This document shows, piece after piece, positions 9,087 to 18,908 of a stretch of 64,000 nucleotides of DNA. This DNA comes from a virus (lineage: Duplodnaviria > Caudoviricetes). The notes beneath the pieces are model-generated. The model was not told where the DNA came from. It saw only the letters and a list, made by a program, of their open reading frames with translations, and made no database searches. The stretch is taken from IMG/VR virus record IMGVR_UViG_3300032092_000001; one strand, 5' to 3'. Numbering within the stretch: position 1 is the stretch's first letter; every line of letters begins with the position of its first letter. A program made the position numbers and the translations under genes.

Positions 9087-12000
9087 ATGGCAAACGAATT
9101 TAATATAAAAAATGGTTTTATAACCAGCGGCAACTCCAATGTTTACGCAAATCTAAATGTATCAGGTGGAATAACCGCAACGACGATATCCGCAACTACA
9201 TACACAAACTTACCAACATTCAGTGGTGGAACATTAACAGGTTTAACAATTAATGGTGATTTAACAGTTACAGGTGACACAAATATTTCAGGTGTCACAA
9301 CATTTAATTCCGCACCTGTATTCAATAACTTAACCAACTCAACTGAAATAAATGCTCTTGTTTTAGACGCATCAGGTAACGTATATCTTAATAGTAATTT
9401 CATTAATACCATTAATGGTTCAACAGGTATAAGCACGTCAACAGTTGCAGGAGTTACAACAATAACTAATACCGCACCTGACCAAACTGTAACAATCACA
9501 GGTGGAACTAATATGCAAGTTTCGGGTACTTACCCTAACTTCGGAGTTAACTTCACGGGTGGAACTGTAACTAATCCAACTAACTTTACCGGAGGTTTAA
9601 CTGCAAACACTCTTAACATATCAACAACACCAACAACTAACACCACAGATTCAAGTGTGTTAGTTAGAAATTCATCAACCGGAAATATTGAATCAAGAAA
9701 TATTAAAAGTTTAATTAATGCAAACAACACCGTAACTGTTGGTCTTGATGGAAGTGTGGGGGTTGATTTTAATAGTATTAAAGACGCAGTTGATAGTATT
9801 ACAGCGTCAACTTCAGCAAATACGTATAGTGTACAAGTTGCAGGTGGAGTTTATTATGAAGACCCATTCACAATCCCTTCTTGGGTTTCAGTTGTGGGTG
9901 AAAGTTCAGTATCAACAATTATCCAAGCAAATGATGGTTCACAGACATTAATTAATTTAAGTGACCAATCGGCATTATTTGATTGTCAGGTACAGGGTTG
10001 TACCGGCACATCAGTATCTGCAATTGTTTATTCTTCCTCAACGACTCCTCAATCAAGTGCAATCTCATATGTTGAGAACGTTAGATTTGGAGCAAACTAC
10101 ACTCACGCAAAAGTTGTAGCTTATGGTGGTGCAAATGTCATCATGCAATGTTCAAACGTTAAGTATGGTGGTTATCCATTCACAATAGGTTTTTACGCAA
10201 CCAATAGTGGTAGTGGTATTGGTAGAATGCAGTTAAGAAACGTAACCTCTACTAATGGTGGAATTACAACAACAACAGGACTTATTTTTGCCAAAGCAGA
10301 TGCCGCAAGTTGTGGTTTTGTCGTTAATGGATGTCTATTAACGAAAGCGGTAGGAGCAGCTGCGGGAACAGGTTTCTATGTTGAGAATGGTGGATTTTTA
10401 AGATTGACAGCAGTTAACTTCCAAAGATGGTCCGTTGGTATTGACGCACCTCAAGTTGGGGCGGCTCCAAGTATTGATGCAACCGCATTAAACTTTGAGA
10501 ACAATACAATTGACGTAAACATCGCTCACTCAGGTGCAACAGGTAAGATTCAAGGAACTGATAATTTCTTAAAGACAATCATCAACCCTGATGCCCCTCT
10601 TTATGAGGTTAGCCAAGACCCTAGACAAATCACCGTTGCTAAGAAAGGTGGTGATTTTTCGGGTATTACAGAGGCAGTTAGTTATTTAATATCTTCAGGA
10701 AACACATCATCTACAAATAGATATATTATTAGTGTTGGCCCAGGTAAATTTGAAGAGGAAGAAATTGATTTAACAAGTACCCCTTACGTCAGTATTGTTG
10801 GTAGTGATATTTTACAAACAGTCATTATCCCTAAATCAGGGTTTGAGTCCGGTTATCTTTTCATATTAGGGGATTCAAATGAATTGTCGTTTATGACAAT
10901 ATCGGGTATGACGGGTTCAGGTGGTGTTGGTATTTTTTGCAGAAACACTGGAGGTTTTTCACTTGTACATAAAATTTCTATGTATGATAATGATACTCAT
11001 ATTGCGGTACAGTCAAGTTCTTTAGATACTCAATTTTTTGGTGAATATGTGGATTTAAATGGTGACTACAATTATGGAGTTTCTGTAATTTCAGCGGGAG
11101 GAAGTGCCTCGGCAAATTTAGAAAACCATTATAACTTTGCAACAGGAGCGTTAGGATTACCAACCATCGCATATTACGCACAAGGTGTTGATGCGTCAAT
11201 AAATGTAACCGTTGGTGATAATATTGGTCAGTCAGCGACTGATTCAGCATGTATAGTAATTGAAGACGGTGCTGATTTAAACATATCAAGTATTAACATT
11301 AATGGTTGGGATTACGGTATACGTAACCCAAATATAGGTAGTGGTTGTACTTTTGATATTGATGGTATCAGTATCGTTAATTCAACAATAAAAGATTTGA
11401 GAATTGACCAACAATTTACAACAGGCACAATTCAAGGTAGTTTATCTCACCAAAAGATTACAAATAATGCCCCCGGCGTTTATTGGCAGTTCTTGGACCA
11501 CGATGATGGTGAATTGGACGTTACTAGAAAAATATCTATAACATTTGAAGATGGTACTCATACCGACACTTCAACATTAATCTTCCAAGCAAGTACGATG
11601 GGAGCAATGACGGGTGGAACTATCACTTCTATTGGTGGATTGTCGGCTCAAACATCTAGTGGATATGGATATCTACAAAACCCATCAAGTGAAATATTCC
11701 AAAGAATTGATTGGACTAATTCAGTAATACTATTAGGAGCAAATACAAACAATTACATCTATATTAATAGTAGTTCAATATTATCGGCATCCAATACAAT
11801 ACCTAATAATACTGAAAACATTATATTAGGTAGAGTGGTTACCAATGCATCAACAATTGAGTTCATTGACCCATCACCACAAAAAGCCCAACATACCTCA
11901 AACTTATTCTCAACATTTAATAGAATCGCTCTTGGTCCCGTTTATGCTACAGGTTCATTAGTAACACAAAACGCTACGGCATTTAGAATAAATGTTAGTA

Positions 12001-13538
12001 ATGGTGATTATTTCTTTTCTGAAAATCAATTCTTACCATCAGGAGGTTCAGGTATAACATTTACGCAATACTATAGAAATGGTATCGGTGGATGGAACAC
12101 ATCTGCAACAACATTTGTTCAAGGTAATAACTTTGACAATAACGGAACGCTATCAGGACTTACAACTTCAGCGTATACAAAACACACATTATACGTGTTA
12201 GGTGATGGGGCGTATGAGAAATACTTCTTAGTATTAGGTCAAAATCAGTATACAACATTAGTTGAAGCTGAGAATGCCGACTTACCAACACCTCCAACGT
12301 ACTTTGATGATGCGGTTGTATCAATTGCCTCAATATACGTCCAACAAGGAGCTTCAAATATAATTGAATTTGAGGACATAAGACCAGTAATTGGATTTAA
12401 AGCAGGTGGAGTTAACGCATCTTCATTACACGCAAACTTATTAGGTTTAACTGCTGATGACCACAAACAATATTTGTTGGTTGATGGTAGTAGAAGTATG
12501 TCAGGTAGTTTAAATATGAGTGGTAATACAATTACCAACGCAGGAACTATCAATGGTGTGACGATTGAAACTCACGCAGCAAGACATAAGAGTGGAGGTT
12601 CAGACCCTGTGGGTACTGCAACACCTACGGCAAGTGCAATACCATACGCAGACGCATTTGGTAAATTGGATGGATGGATAACACCTATTACAATATCAGG
12701 TGGAACAGGTATTTCTACAGGTGGGACTTATCCAAATTTAAGTATATCTTTTACAGGTGGTACAATACCAAGTGCAACTAGATTTACAGGTGGTTTAAGT
12801 GCAAATACAATATCGGCAACAACATATCAAAATTTACCTTTTTCAGGTACAGTTATAAATTCGGGGACAACTACTAGTAATTTCATTCCAAAATGGACTG
12901 GTACTACTGCATTAACTAATAGTCAAATAAGAGATGATGGGACAAGTGTCGCAGTTGGTCAGGTACCAACTGCCGGGATTAAATTATGGGTTTACACCGC
13001 AGCAGCATCATCCTATGGTATTAGAGGGGATGGGACATCTGCTGGAATACAAGGACAAGGTGTGGGAACTGGTTATGGAGTTTTTGGTGGGGCGTCATCA
13101 TCTGTTGGGGTTTATGGTTCGTCTGTTGCGGATACGGGTACTAATATAGGTGTTCAAGGGGTAGCTGACATTCAGGATGGTGGAAGTCCCACAAATATAG
13201 GTGGTTTCTTCTCAGCTTTAAATGGAGGGTCTAATTACTCAATTCAATTACAAGATGGTTCAGAAGCAATAGGTTATGTTTTAGTATCAAAAACATCTGA
13301 CGGTAAAGCAAATTGGAGTGATACTTTAACAGGACTAACGAATGTTAGGTCAACAACAATATCAGCAACGACTTATCAAGGTAATGTTGTTACTCAAATA
13401 GTTGCGGGAACAAACGTGACAATATCCCCAACAAATGGTATTGGTGCAGTTACAATAAATGCATCAGGAGGTGGTGGTGGAGGTTCTACTAACTACGGAG
13501 CTATTTACACTACGGCAAATAACTTTAATCTTATATAA
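9087..13538 (+). CDS. Tail fibre/tailspike with two predicted parallel beta-helix (pectin-lyase-like) regions
   Basis: 1483 aa. Two cap motifs, TVGLDGSVGVDFNSIKDAVDSI and TVAKKGGDFSGITEAVSYL, are each followed by V.V..G.(Y/F).E and beta-strand repeats. Fibre motifs TISATTY and GGT.T...F.GGL.ANT also present. Confidence 0.7.
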   Translation: MANEFNIKNGFITSGNSNVYANLNVSGGITATTISATTYTNLPTFSGGTLTGLTINGDLTVTGDTNISGVTTFNSAPVFNNLTNSTEINALVLDASGNVYLNSNFINTINGSTGISTSTVAGVTTITNTAPDQTVTITGGTNMQVSGTYPNFGVNFTGGTVTNPTNFTGGLTANTLNISTTPTTNTTDSSVLVRNSSTGNIESRNIKSLINANNTVTVGLDGSVGVDFNSIKDAVDSITASTSANTYSVQVAGGVYYEDPFTIPSWVSVVGESSVSTIIQANDGSQTLINLSDQSALFDCQVQGCTGTSVSAIVYSSSTTPQSSAISYVENVRFGANYTHAKVVAYGGANVIMQCSNVKYGGYPFTIGFYATNSGSGIGRMQLRNVTSTNGGITTTTGLIFAKADAASCGFVVNGCLLTKAVGAAAGTGFYVENGGFLRLTAVNFQRWSVGIDAPQVGAAPSIDATALNFENNTIDVNIAHSGATGKIQGTDNFLKTIINPDAPLYEVSQDPRQITVAKKGGDFSGITEAVSYLISSGNTSSTNRYIISVGPGKFEEEEIDLTSTPYVSIVGSDILQTVIIPKSGFESGYLFILGDSNELSFMTISGMTGSGGVGIFCRNTGGFSLVHKISMYDNDTHIAVQSSSLDTQFFGEYVDLNGDYNYGVSVISAGGSASANLENHYNFATGALGLPTIAYYAQGVDASINVTVGDNIGQSATDSACIVIEDGADLNISSININGWDYGIRNPNIGSGCTFDIDGISIVNSTIKDLRIDQQFTTGTIQGSLSHQKITNNAPGVYWQFLDHDDGELDVTRKISITFEDGTHTDTSTLIFQASTMGAMTGGTITSIGGLSAQTSSGYGYLQNPSSEIFQRIDWTNSVILLGANTNNYIYINSSSILSASNTIPNNTENIILGRVVTNASTIEFIDPSPQKAQHTSNLFSTFNRIALGPVYATGSLVTQNATAFRINVSNGDYFFSENQFLPSGGSGITFTQYYRNGIGGWNTSATTFVQGNNFDNNGTLSGLTTSAYTKHTLYVLGDGAYEKYFLVLGQNQYTTLVEAENADLPTPPTYFDDAVVSIASIYVQQGASNIIEFEDIRPVIGFKAGGVNASSLHANLLGLTADDHKQYLLVDGSRSMSGSLNMSGNTITNAGTINGVTIETHAARHKSGGSDPVGTATPTASAIPYADAFGKLDGWITPITISGGTGISTGGTYPNLSISFTGGTIPSATRFTGGLSANTISATTYQNLPFSGTVINSGTTTSNFIPKWTGTTALTNSQIRDDGTSVAVGQVPTAGIKLWVYTAAASSYGIRGDGTSAGIQGQGVGTGYGVFGGASSSVGVYGSSVADTGTNIGVQGVADIQDGGSPTNIGGFFSALNGGSNYSIQLQDGSEAIGYVLVSKTSDGKANWSDTLTGLTNVRSTTISATTYQGNVVTQIVAGTNVTISPTNGIGAVTINASGGGGGGSTNYGAIYTTANNFNLI

Positions 13539-13567
13539 AAAAATAAAAAATAATAAAATAATATAAA

Positions 13568-13984
13568 ATGCCAGCAAATACAACACCAATTTTTACATTA
13601 TCTCCTCAAATTGAATGGGGAAATACAATTACAACAGCGAACGCAACTACGGATTTAACAACAGGTACTGTTTACCCTGTATTCACAGGAGGAACAAATG
13701 GTAGTTATGTTCAAAAAATAAGATTTAGACATACAGGTTCAAACGCTTCGGCAACAGTTGCAAGGGTTTGGATTAATAATGGTTCAGCAACTACAACCGC
13801 AGCAAATAATGTATTATGGGACGAGATAACACTTGCAACAAATACACTATCTCAAACGGCGGCTTCGGTTAACTACGAATTACCATTAAACTTCGCAATA
13901 CCTGCCAACTATGTAATTTATGTGACAATAGGTACGGCAGCGGCTGGAGGTATTGACGCAACGGTTATAGGAGGAGATTACTAA
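13568..13984 (+). CDS. Hypothetical virion protein
   Basis: 138 aa, beta-rich, A-rich leader. Confidence 0.7.
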   Translation: MPANTTPIFTLSPQIEWGNTITTANATTDLTTGTVYPVFTGGTNGSYVQKIRFRHTGSNASATVARVWINNGSATTTAANNVLWDEITLATNTLSQTAASVNYELPLNFAIPANYVIYVTIGTAAAGGIDATVIGGDY

Positions 13985-14169
13985 TGATTTATCAAAAGAT
14001 ATTATTCACTTACGGTTCTCCAGTATCTGAAGGTTATATGGAGATAGATGAGACATCAGGAACATTGGCTAGGCTAATGGATTTAGATTGTAACACTTTA
14101 AATTTAGAACCACCATATGGTTACTACGTAACTGACCCTGAACCTCCTAAACCAAGCTGTATTCCATAA
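13984..14169 (+). CDS. Small hypothetical protein
   Basis: 61 aa, translationally coupled on both sides (TAATG overlaps). Confidence 0.65.
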   Translation: MIYQKILFTYGSPVSEGYMEIDETSGTLARLMDLDCNTLNLEPPYGYYVTDPEPPKPSCIP

Positions 14170-15065
14170 TGAGTTACGGTTCATTTGATTTACCAACAAA
14201 CCAATTAAAAACACAAGTTTTTTATCAGTCCACAACTTGGACAATACCTCAAGGTGCAACAATGTTACACATCGTATGTATTGGACCCGGTGGAGGTGGT
14301 GGTGGTGGATTTACAAATGCAACAGGTAACCCTCGTGGAGGAGGTGGAGGAGGTGGTTCAGGAGCAATCTCAACATTATTAATTAAAAGAATATTCCTTC
14401 CCGACGCATTAAACGTTGTGATTGGGGCTGGAGGAAATGGTGGTGGCGCAAATACCGCAGGAACAAACGCTACCCCATCATATGTAGAGTCAATTAGGTC
14501 AACTGGTCCTTCTGTACCAACACCAACCGATTTAACCGCATTACTATTAAGAGGTAATGGAGGCAATGGAGGAAACGCAGGAACCTCAGCTTCAGGTGGG
14601 GCGGGTGGAAGTGCTGGTGCGGGGTCAACCACCGCAGTTCAAGTATTAGATAAATTAGGTGTTTTTTCAACTATTGGAGGACAAGCAGGTGCAACAGGTG
14701 GTGCTCAGACAGGTGCTGCGGGGAATTCAAATACTTACGCAGGGACTGTTACAGGTGGAGCGGGTGGTGCGGGAATTAATACTTCAGTACAATCAACATT
14801 TGCAGGAGGTGCAATTAACGGAGCAGGTTTTGTTCCGACTATTCCAGGTGGAGTGTCTCCAACCTTTTCAGGTAATACAGGTATTCATTTATTAACCCCA
14901 TTCGCATCAACAGGTGGTTCAGGTGGAGCATCAAGTGATGGATTAGTTGGTGGATTTGGTGGTAATGGTAATATTGGTTGTGGTGGTGGAGGAGGAGGTG
15001 GTGGAACCACTGGTGGAACAGGTGGTCGTGGTGGTAATGGACTTGTAGTAATAAATTATTGGTAA
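14169..15065 (+). CDS. Glycine-rich phage virion protein A
   Basis: W.IP.G.TML.I.CIG.GGGGGGG; ends GG.GG.G.VVINYW. Confidence 0.8.
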   Translation: MSYGSFDLPTNQLKTQVFYQSTTWTIPQGATMLHIVCIGPGGGGGGGFTNATGNPRGGGGGGGSGAISTLLIKRIFLPDALNVVIGAGGNGGGANTAGTNATPSYVESIRSTGPSVPTPTDLTALLLRGNGGNGGNAGTSASGGAGGSAGAGSTTAVQVLDKLGVFSTIGGQAGATGGAQTGAAGNSNTYAGTVTGGAGGAGINTSVQSTFAGGAINGAGFVPTIPGGVSPTFSGNTGIHLLTPFASTGGSGGASSDGLVGGFGGNGNIGCGGGGGGGGTTGGTGGRGGNGLVVINYW

Positions 15066-15079
15066 AAATATAATATAAA

Positions 15080-15964
15080 ATGGATTACGTATTTAATCTT
15101 CCTGACTCATCATATAAAACTCAAGTGTTTTATGCTTCAGGTGAATGGAATAAACCTAACGGAATAACTATGATTGAAATCACTGCTATCGGTGCTGGAG
15201 GTGGTGGTGCCGGTGGAGCAACAAGAGCATCAGGTGCCGCGGGTGCCGGAGGTGGAGGTGGAGGTTCAGGAGCAATGACAAGGTTATTAATTCCCGCAAT
15301 TTTTATACCTAACACATTAATAGTCACAGTAGGTGCTGGAGGTAATGGTGGTGCGGCAGGCGCTGCGGGAACTGCGGGTGGTACAACAATAGTAGATTTA
15401 CCCGTATTAGGTAATGGCGTTGCAACAACAAGAGTAGTAGTTGCGAATGGCGGGACTCAAGGAGGTGCAGGTGTCACTGCGGGTGCGGGTGGAGCAGCAA
15501 CAACTCAAACTTCAAGTGTTTACTCAACTTTAGGAACATTCACATCAACCGCAGGTCAGACTGCAGGTGCGGGTAACGCAACAGGTGCTCCAACCGCTTT
15601 AGTATATGGTGCAACTGCGGGTGTTCCTGTGTGTGGTGGAGGTGGAGGAGCGGGTATCAACGCCGCGGCACCTGGTACTGCACAAGCAGGAGGTAATATC
15701 ACAGGTGCGGGTTTCGTCCCAACTAATCCAGGTGGAACAACTGCAATAGTTTCAGGAAATACAGGAATTTTTCTATTAGCCCCATTCGCGTCAGTAGGTG
15801 GTTCAGGTGGCGCTTCTAACTCAACAACTACAGGTGGATTTGGAGGTAACGGAAATATCGGTAGTGGTGGTGGAGGAGGAGGAGCAGGAACAAGTGGTAC
15901 CGGTGGTGTTGGAGGAACTGGTGGAAGAGGAGGAAACGGACTTTGTATAATTTCTTGTTGGTAA
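15080..15964 (+). CDS. Glycine-rich phage virion protein B (paralog of A)
   Basis: W.KP.GITMIEITAIGAGGGGAG; ends GGRGGNGLCIISCW. Confidence 0.8.
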   Translation: MDYVFNLPDSSYKTQVFYASGEWNKPNGITMIEITAIGAGGGGAGGATRASGAAGAGGGGGGSGAMTRLLIPAIFIPNTLIVTVGAGGNGGAAGAAGTAGGTTIVDLPVLGNGVATTRVVVANGGTQGGAGVTAGAGGAATTQTSSVYSTLGTFTSTAGQTAGAGNATGAPTALVYGATAGVPVCGGGGGAGINAAAPGTAQAGGNITGAGFVPTNPGGTTAIVSGNTGIFLLAPFASVGGSGGASNSTTTGGFGGNGNIGSGGGGGGAGTSGTGGVGGTGGRGGNGLCIISCW

Positions 15965-15988
15965 TTCCAAATATTATTCTTACATTTG
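15958..15988 (+). promoter_or_regulatory. Bacteroidota sigma-A-type promoter
   Basis: TTG-N20-TACATTTG; exact TAnnTTTG -7 element, 16 nt upstream of ATG 16005. Confidence 0.65.
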
Positions 15989-16004
15989 TGAAAAATAAAA
16001 ACAA

Positions 16005-16397
16005 ATGAAAAAATTTATCTTATCAACTCTTTTAGTAATCTCAACTTTACTAACCTTCTCACAAGACATTGCCTTTGCAAGAGCTCATCAATTCACTTTA
16101 GGTAAAAGAGATTTTTCAACCAATGAAATTGTTTGGAATGGAACACCTAACGATTGTAATATTCTAATTAAGCTAGAACAAACCAAAGTTACGATTTATA
16201 GTAACACGATTCAACAATACCGAGTAGTTTCCAAACTATCTGAAACTGAAGACGGAGTTCAGTATAGAATGTTAGATTCAAATGGAACTAATTGTAATTT
16301 TTATATGGGTCCAATTGCTAATAGTCCTTCCATTTTCATCGCCATTGAGTATAACGACTACTCTTGGATGTACTATTGTAAAGACGAAAGTAATTAA
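16005..16397 (+). CDS. Secreted hypothetical protein
   Basis: Sec signal peptide MKKFILSTLLVISTLLTFS, then Q. Confidence 0.75.
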   Translation: MKKFILSTLLVISTLLTFSQDIAFARAHQFTLGKRDFSTNEIVWNGTPNDCNILIKLEQTKVTIYSNTIQQYRVVSKLSETEDGVQYRMLDSNGTNCNFYMGPIANSPSIFIAIEYNDYSWMYYCKDESN

Positions 16398-17311
16398 CCT
16401 CGTTTGTGTTTTACAAACAACTTAACGTAAAAATCAGCACTGTTAAACCCATAACCCCTAACTCTTAGGGGTTTTGTTGTATCTATAACTTCAGGTAATT
16501 TAAGACTTAAATCCCCTTTAGGATGTGGAACGTTGATTGATTCATTATTAAACTCATCAATCTTCATTTCATAGTTATATATTAAGTCGTTGTCGGATTT
16601 TTCAAATCCATTTTGAGGGACAATATTAATCTTTAGTATAGCATCGCCAAATATACCATCGTGATAATCACCCATACCTTGAGCTCTGATAAATTGTCCG
16701 TCAGTAATACCGTGAGGTAATTTAAAGTCAATTGTTTTAAATTCATCATTTCTACCATCTCCGTGACAAACATGACAAGTTGTTTTAAATGTAAAACCTC
16801 TACCTTGACAGCTATTACATGTTGTTCTCACAATATTTGCAAAAAATGAATTTCCAACTCTTTGGGTAATACTTCCTTGCCCATTACACGTATTACATGT
16901 TAATCTTTCTCCTCCCTGCCCATTACAAGGATTACAAGCAGTTTTCCTTGAGAAATTGATATTCATTTGTTTCTCGGTGAATGAATCAACAACTCCAACA
17001 GATATATTAATTATTTTATCAGGAGCTCTTCTTTGTCTTTGTTGATTACCCATATTACTGAAGAAACTACTGAATGCATCAAATGGGTCTCCTCCTGCGA
17101 AATTACCAAAAGGATTATTTCTTTGATTGTCATATTGAGCGCGTTTAGTTTCGTCCCCAATTGTTTCATAAGCTTCTGATATCTTTTTAAAGATTGTTTC
17201 ATCCCCACCTTTATCAGGGTGATGTTCTACCGCCTTTTTTCTGTAAGCCTTTTTAATTTCTTCTTGGGATGCGGTTTGATTAACACCTAAAATTTCGTAG
17301 TAATTTTCCAA
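16394..17311 (-). CDS. dnaJ: DnaJ/Hsp40 co-chaperone with zinc finger
   Basis: J-domain with HPD, short G/F region, four CxxCxGxG repeats, DnaJ C-terminal domain; TTG start. Confidence 0.95.
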   Translation of the reverse strand: MENYYEILGVNQTASQEEIKKAYRKKAVEHHPDKGGDETIFKKISEAYETIGDETKRAQYDNQRNNPFGNFAGGDPFDAFSSFFSNMGNQQRQRRAPDKIINISVGVVDSFTEKQMNINFSRKTACNPCNGQGGERLTCNTCNGQGSITQRVGNSFFANIVRTTCNSCQGRGFTFKTTCHVCHGDGRNDEFKTIDFKLPHGITDGQFIRAQGMGDYHDGIFGDAILKINIVPQNGFEKSDNDLIYNYEMKIDEFNNESINVPHPKGDLSLKLPEVIDTTKPLRVRGYGFNSADFYVKLFVKHKRG

Positions 17312-17348
17312 CTCTTTTTTATTTACAAAAGTTTATTAAATTTAAAAT

Positions 17349-17972
17349 ATGTTTCATATTATCGTTTTTAAGAATAATAAAAAAAAGAAAAAACTTAAAT
17401 CCTTCGTTAGAGAAAATTTGGCAGTTGATTATTATAATAAGTTAATTAAAAAATCAAATGATATAATTTTCGCAAAAAAATATGAGTCAGGATATGAGTG
17501 TAAATTTAATATTGCAATAATTACTGATAAATTTATTGAAGATAAAATTTACTACACAGATGAATATGGTAGAAACAAAACCATTGATTCCAAAATTGAC
17601 GATTTAAACTACATCTATAGAATTTCCCCTTACAATTTTGAAGAGGATATTTTTGACGTTCAAGAAAATAAAAGGATTACTTTATCTGAGTTTGAATCCT
17701 CGTATTTAAAAAAGGATAAGGTATATATGGTTTCAAAACTAAAAAATAAATTCATATTACAGGATGACGATAACTTTAAATTATTTAGTTTGAAAAATGA
17801 AAGTGATTCTGACAGACTGATGAATTTATTCCAAGAGATAAAATTAGGAACAAAATTAATAGTAGTTAAGGATGTTTCATCCCCTCAAAGAAAATACCTT
17901 TATAATATGTTAGTTGAACGTGGATATAATAAGAAATTCCTATACACCAGTTACACTACTTATCCAACATAA
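17349..17972 (+). CDS. Hypothetical protein
   Basis: 207-aa Lys-rich ORF divergent from dnaJ. Confidence 0.7.
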   Translation: MFHIIVFKNNKKKKKLKSFVRENLAVDYYNKLIKKSNDIIFAKKYESGYECKFNIAIITDKFIEDKIYYTDEYGRNKTIDSKIDDLNYIYRISPYNFEEDIFDVQENKRITLSEFESSYLKKDKVYMVSKLKNKFILQDDDNFKLFSLKNESDSDRLMNLFQEIKLGTKLIVVKDVSSPQRKYLYNMLVERGYNKKFLYTSYTTYPT

Positions 17973-18177
17973 AAATAAAATCGGACCCTGAAATCTCAAT
18001 TTTAAATTCTTCCTTAGTATAGTCAGGTTTTTCTTCAACCATCATATATATTTCAGAAAAGTCGGGATTCTCCACTTGGAATACGATTGTCATTTTACCT
18101 TTAACCAATTCTTGCCCCGCATCGGCAATCATCGCTAATTTCGTTAGAAATTCAGTACCTTCTTTATTCTCTGCCAT
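17956..18177 (-). CDS. Hypothetical protein
   Basis: 73-aa ORF in - strand run. Confidence 0.6.
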   Translation of the reverse strand: MAENKEGTEFLTKLAMIADAGQELVKGKMTIVFQVENPDFSEIYMMVEEKPDYTKEEFKIEISGSDFIFMLDK

Positions 18178-18335
18178 AGTGTTAGTTTTTTTGCAACAGG
18201 AAATAAATCTTCCTTTTTAACGCTTTTAATTTCTTTCAGGAATTTTGATTTTTCATTCTCTAAATCAATCTTGTCCCTCTTCTGCGATGATATCAGATAA
18301 TCCAGTTGTTTTTGCTGGCTCGTTATTTTTGACAT
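18144..18335 (-). CDS. Hypothetical protein
   Basis: 63-aa basic helical ORF; overlaps both neighbours, start uncertain. Confidence 0.5.
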   Translation of the reverse strand: MSKITSQQKQLDYLISSQKRDKIDLENEKSKFLKEIKSVKKEDLFPVAKKLTLWQRIKKVLNF

Positions 18336-18720
18336 TTTCTAATTTTGTTGATTTTTCTCCGTTAATATTAAACTTTAAAACTTTCAAGTTATCTAAACTT
18401 TCCTTATCAAAAATTGTTTTTAATTCATTAATTTTAGACTCCAACAATCTCTCTTTAGCCTCTCTCTCTAAATTATAATTAATAATCCCCAATATATTTT
18501 TTTGCGTTGTTGATATCTCGTTTTCATTAAAGTCCGAAACAAAGGATAAAGATAGTTGTTCGTCAAAAATACCATTGTTAACAAACTTATCTTCAACAAT
18601 ATATTTTTTCAACACTTTCCATGATGTAGGGAATTTTATATCAAATACAATATAATTTTCCAATCTGCGAATACTATCAATATAGTTAATTAAGGGGGAA
18701 AGTTCTTTGTATATACTCAT
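18265..18720 (-). CDS. Hypothetical protein
   Basis: 151-aa ORF. Confidence 0.7.
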   Translation of the reverse strand: MSIYKELSPLINYIDSIRRLENYIVFDIKFPTSWKVLKKYIVEDKFVNNGIFDEQLSLSFVSDFNENEISTTQKNILGIINYNLEREAKERLLESKINELKTIFDKESLDNLKVLKFNINGEKSTKLENVKNNEPAKTTGLSDIIAEEGQD

Positions 18721-18908
18721 TAATTCTGTATTATAAATGTTATTATATATGAAATGGATAATAGTAGTAATAAAAGTTCCCCACTACTTAACCTCATGTG
18801 TTGAGGAGGTGTCTGTAGTAGGGCTCTTATAAAGATGAATAAAATTCTAGTATTATATAGAATACTCAATACAAATAAAAATATAAATATAGTAGTTGTA
18901 TTAAGCAT
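18720..18908 (-). CDS. Small two-TM membrane protein
   Basis: 62 aa, two hydrophobic segments. Confidence 0.6.
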   Translation of the reverse strand: MLNTTTIFIFLFVLSILYNTRILFIFIRALLQTPPQHMRLSSGELLLLLLSISYIITFIIQN

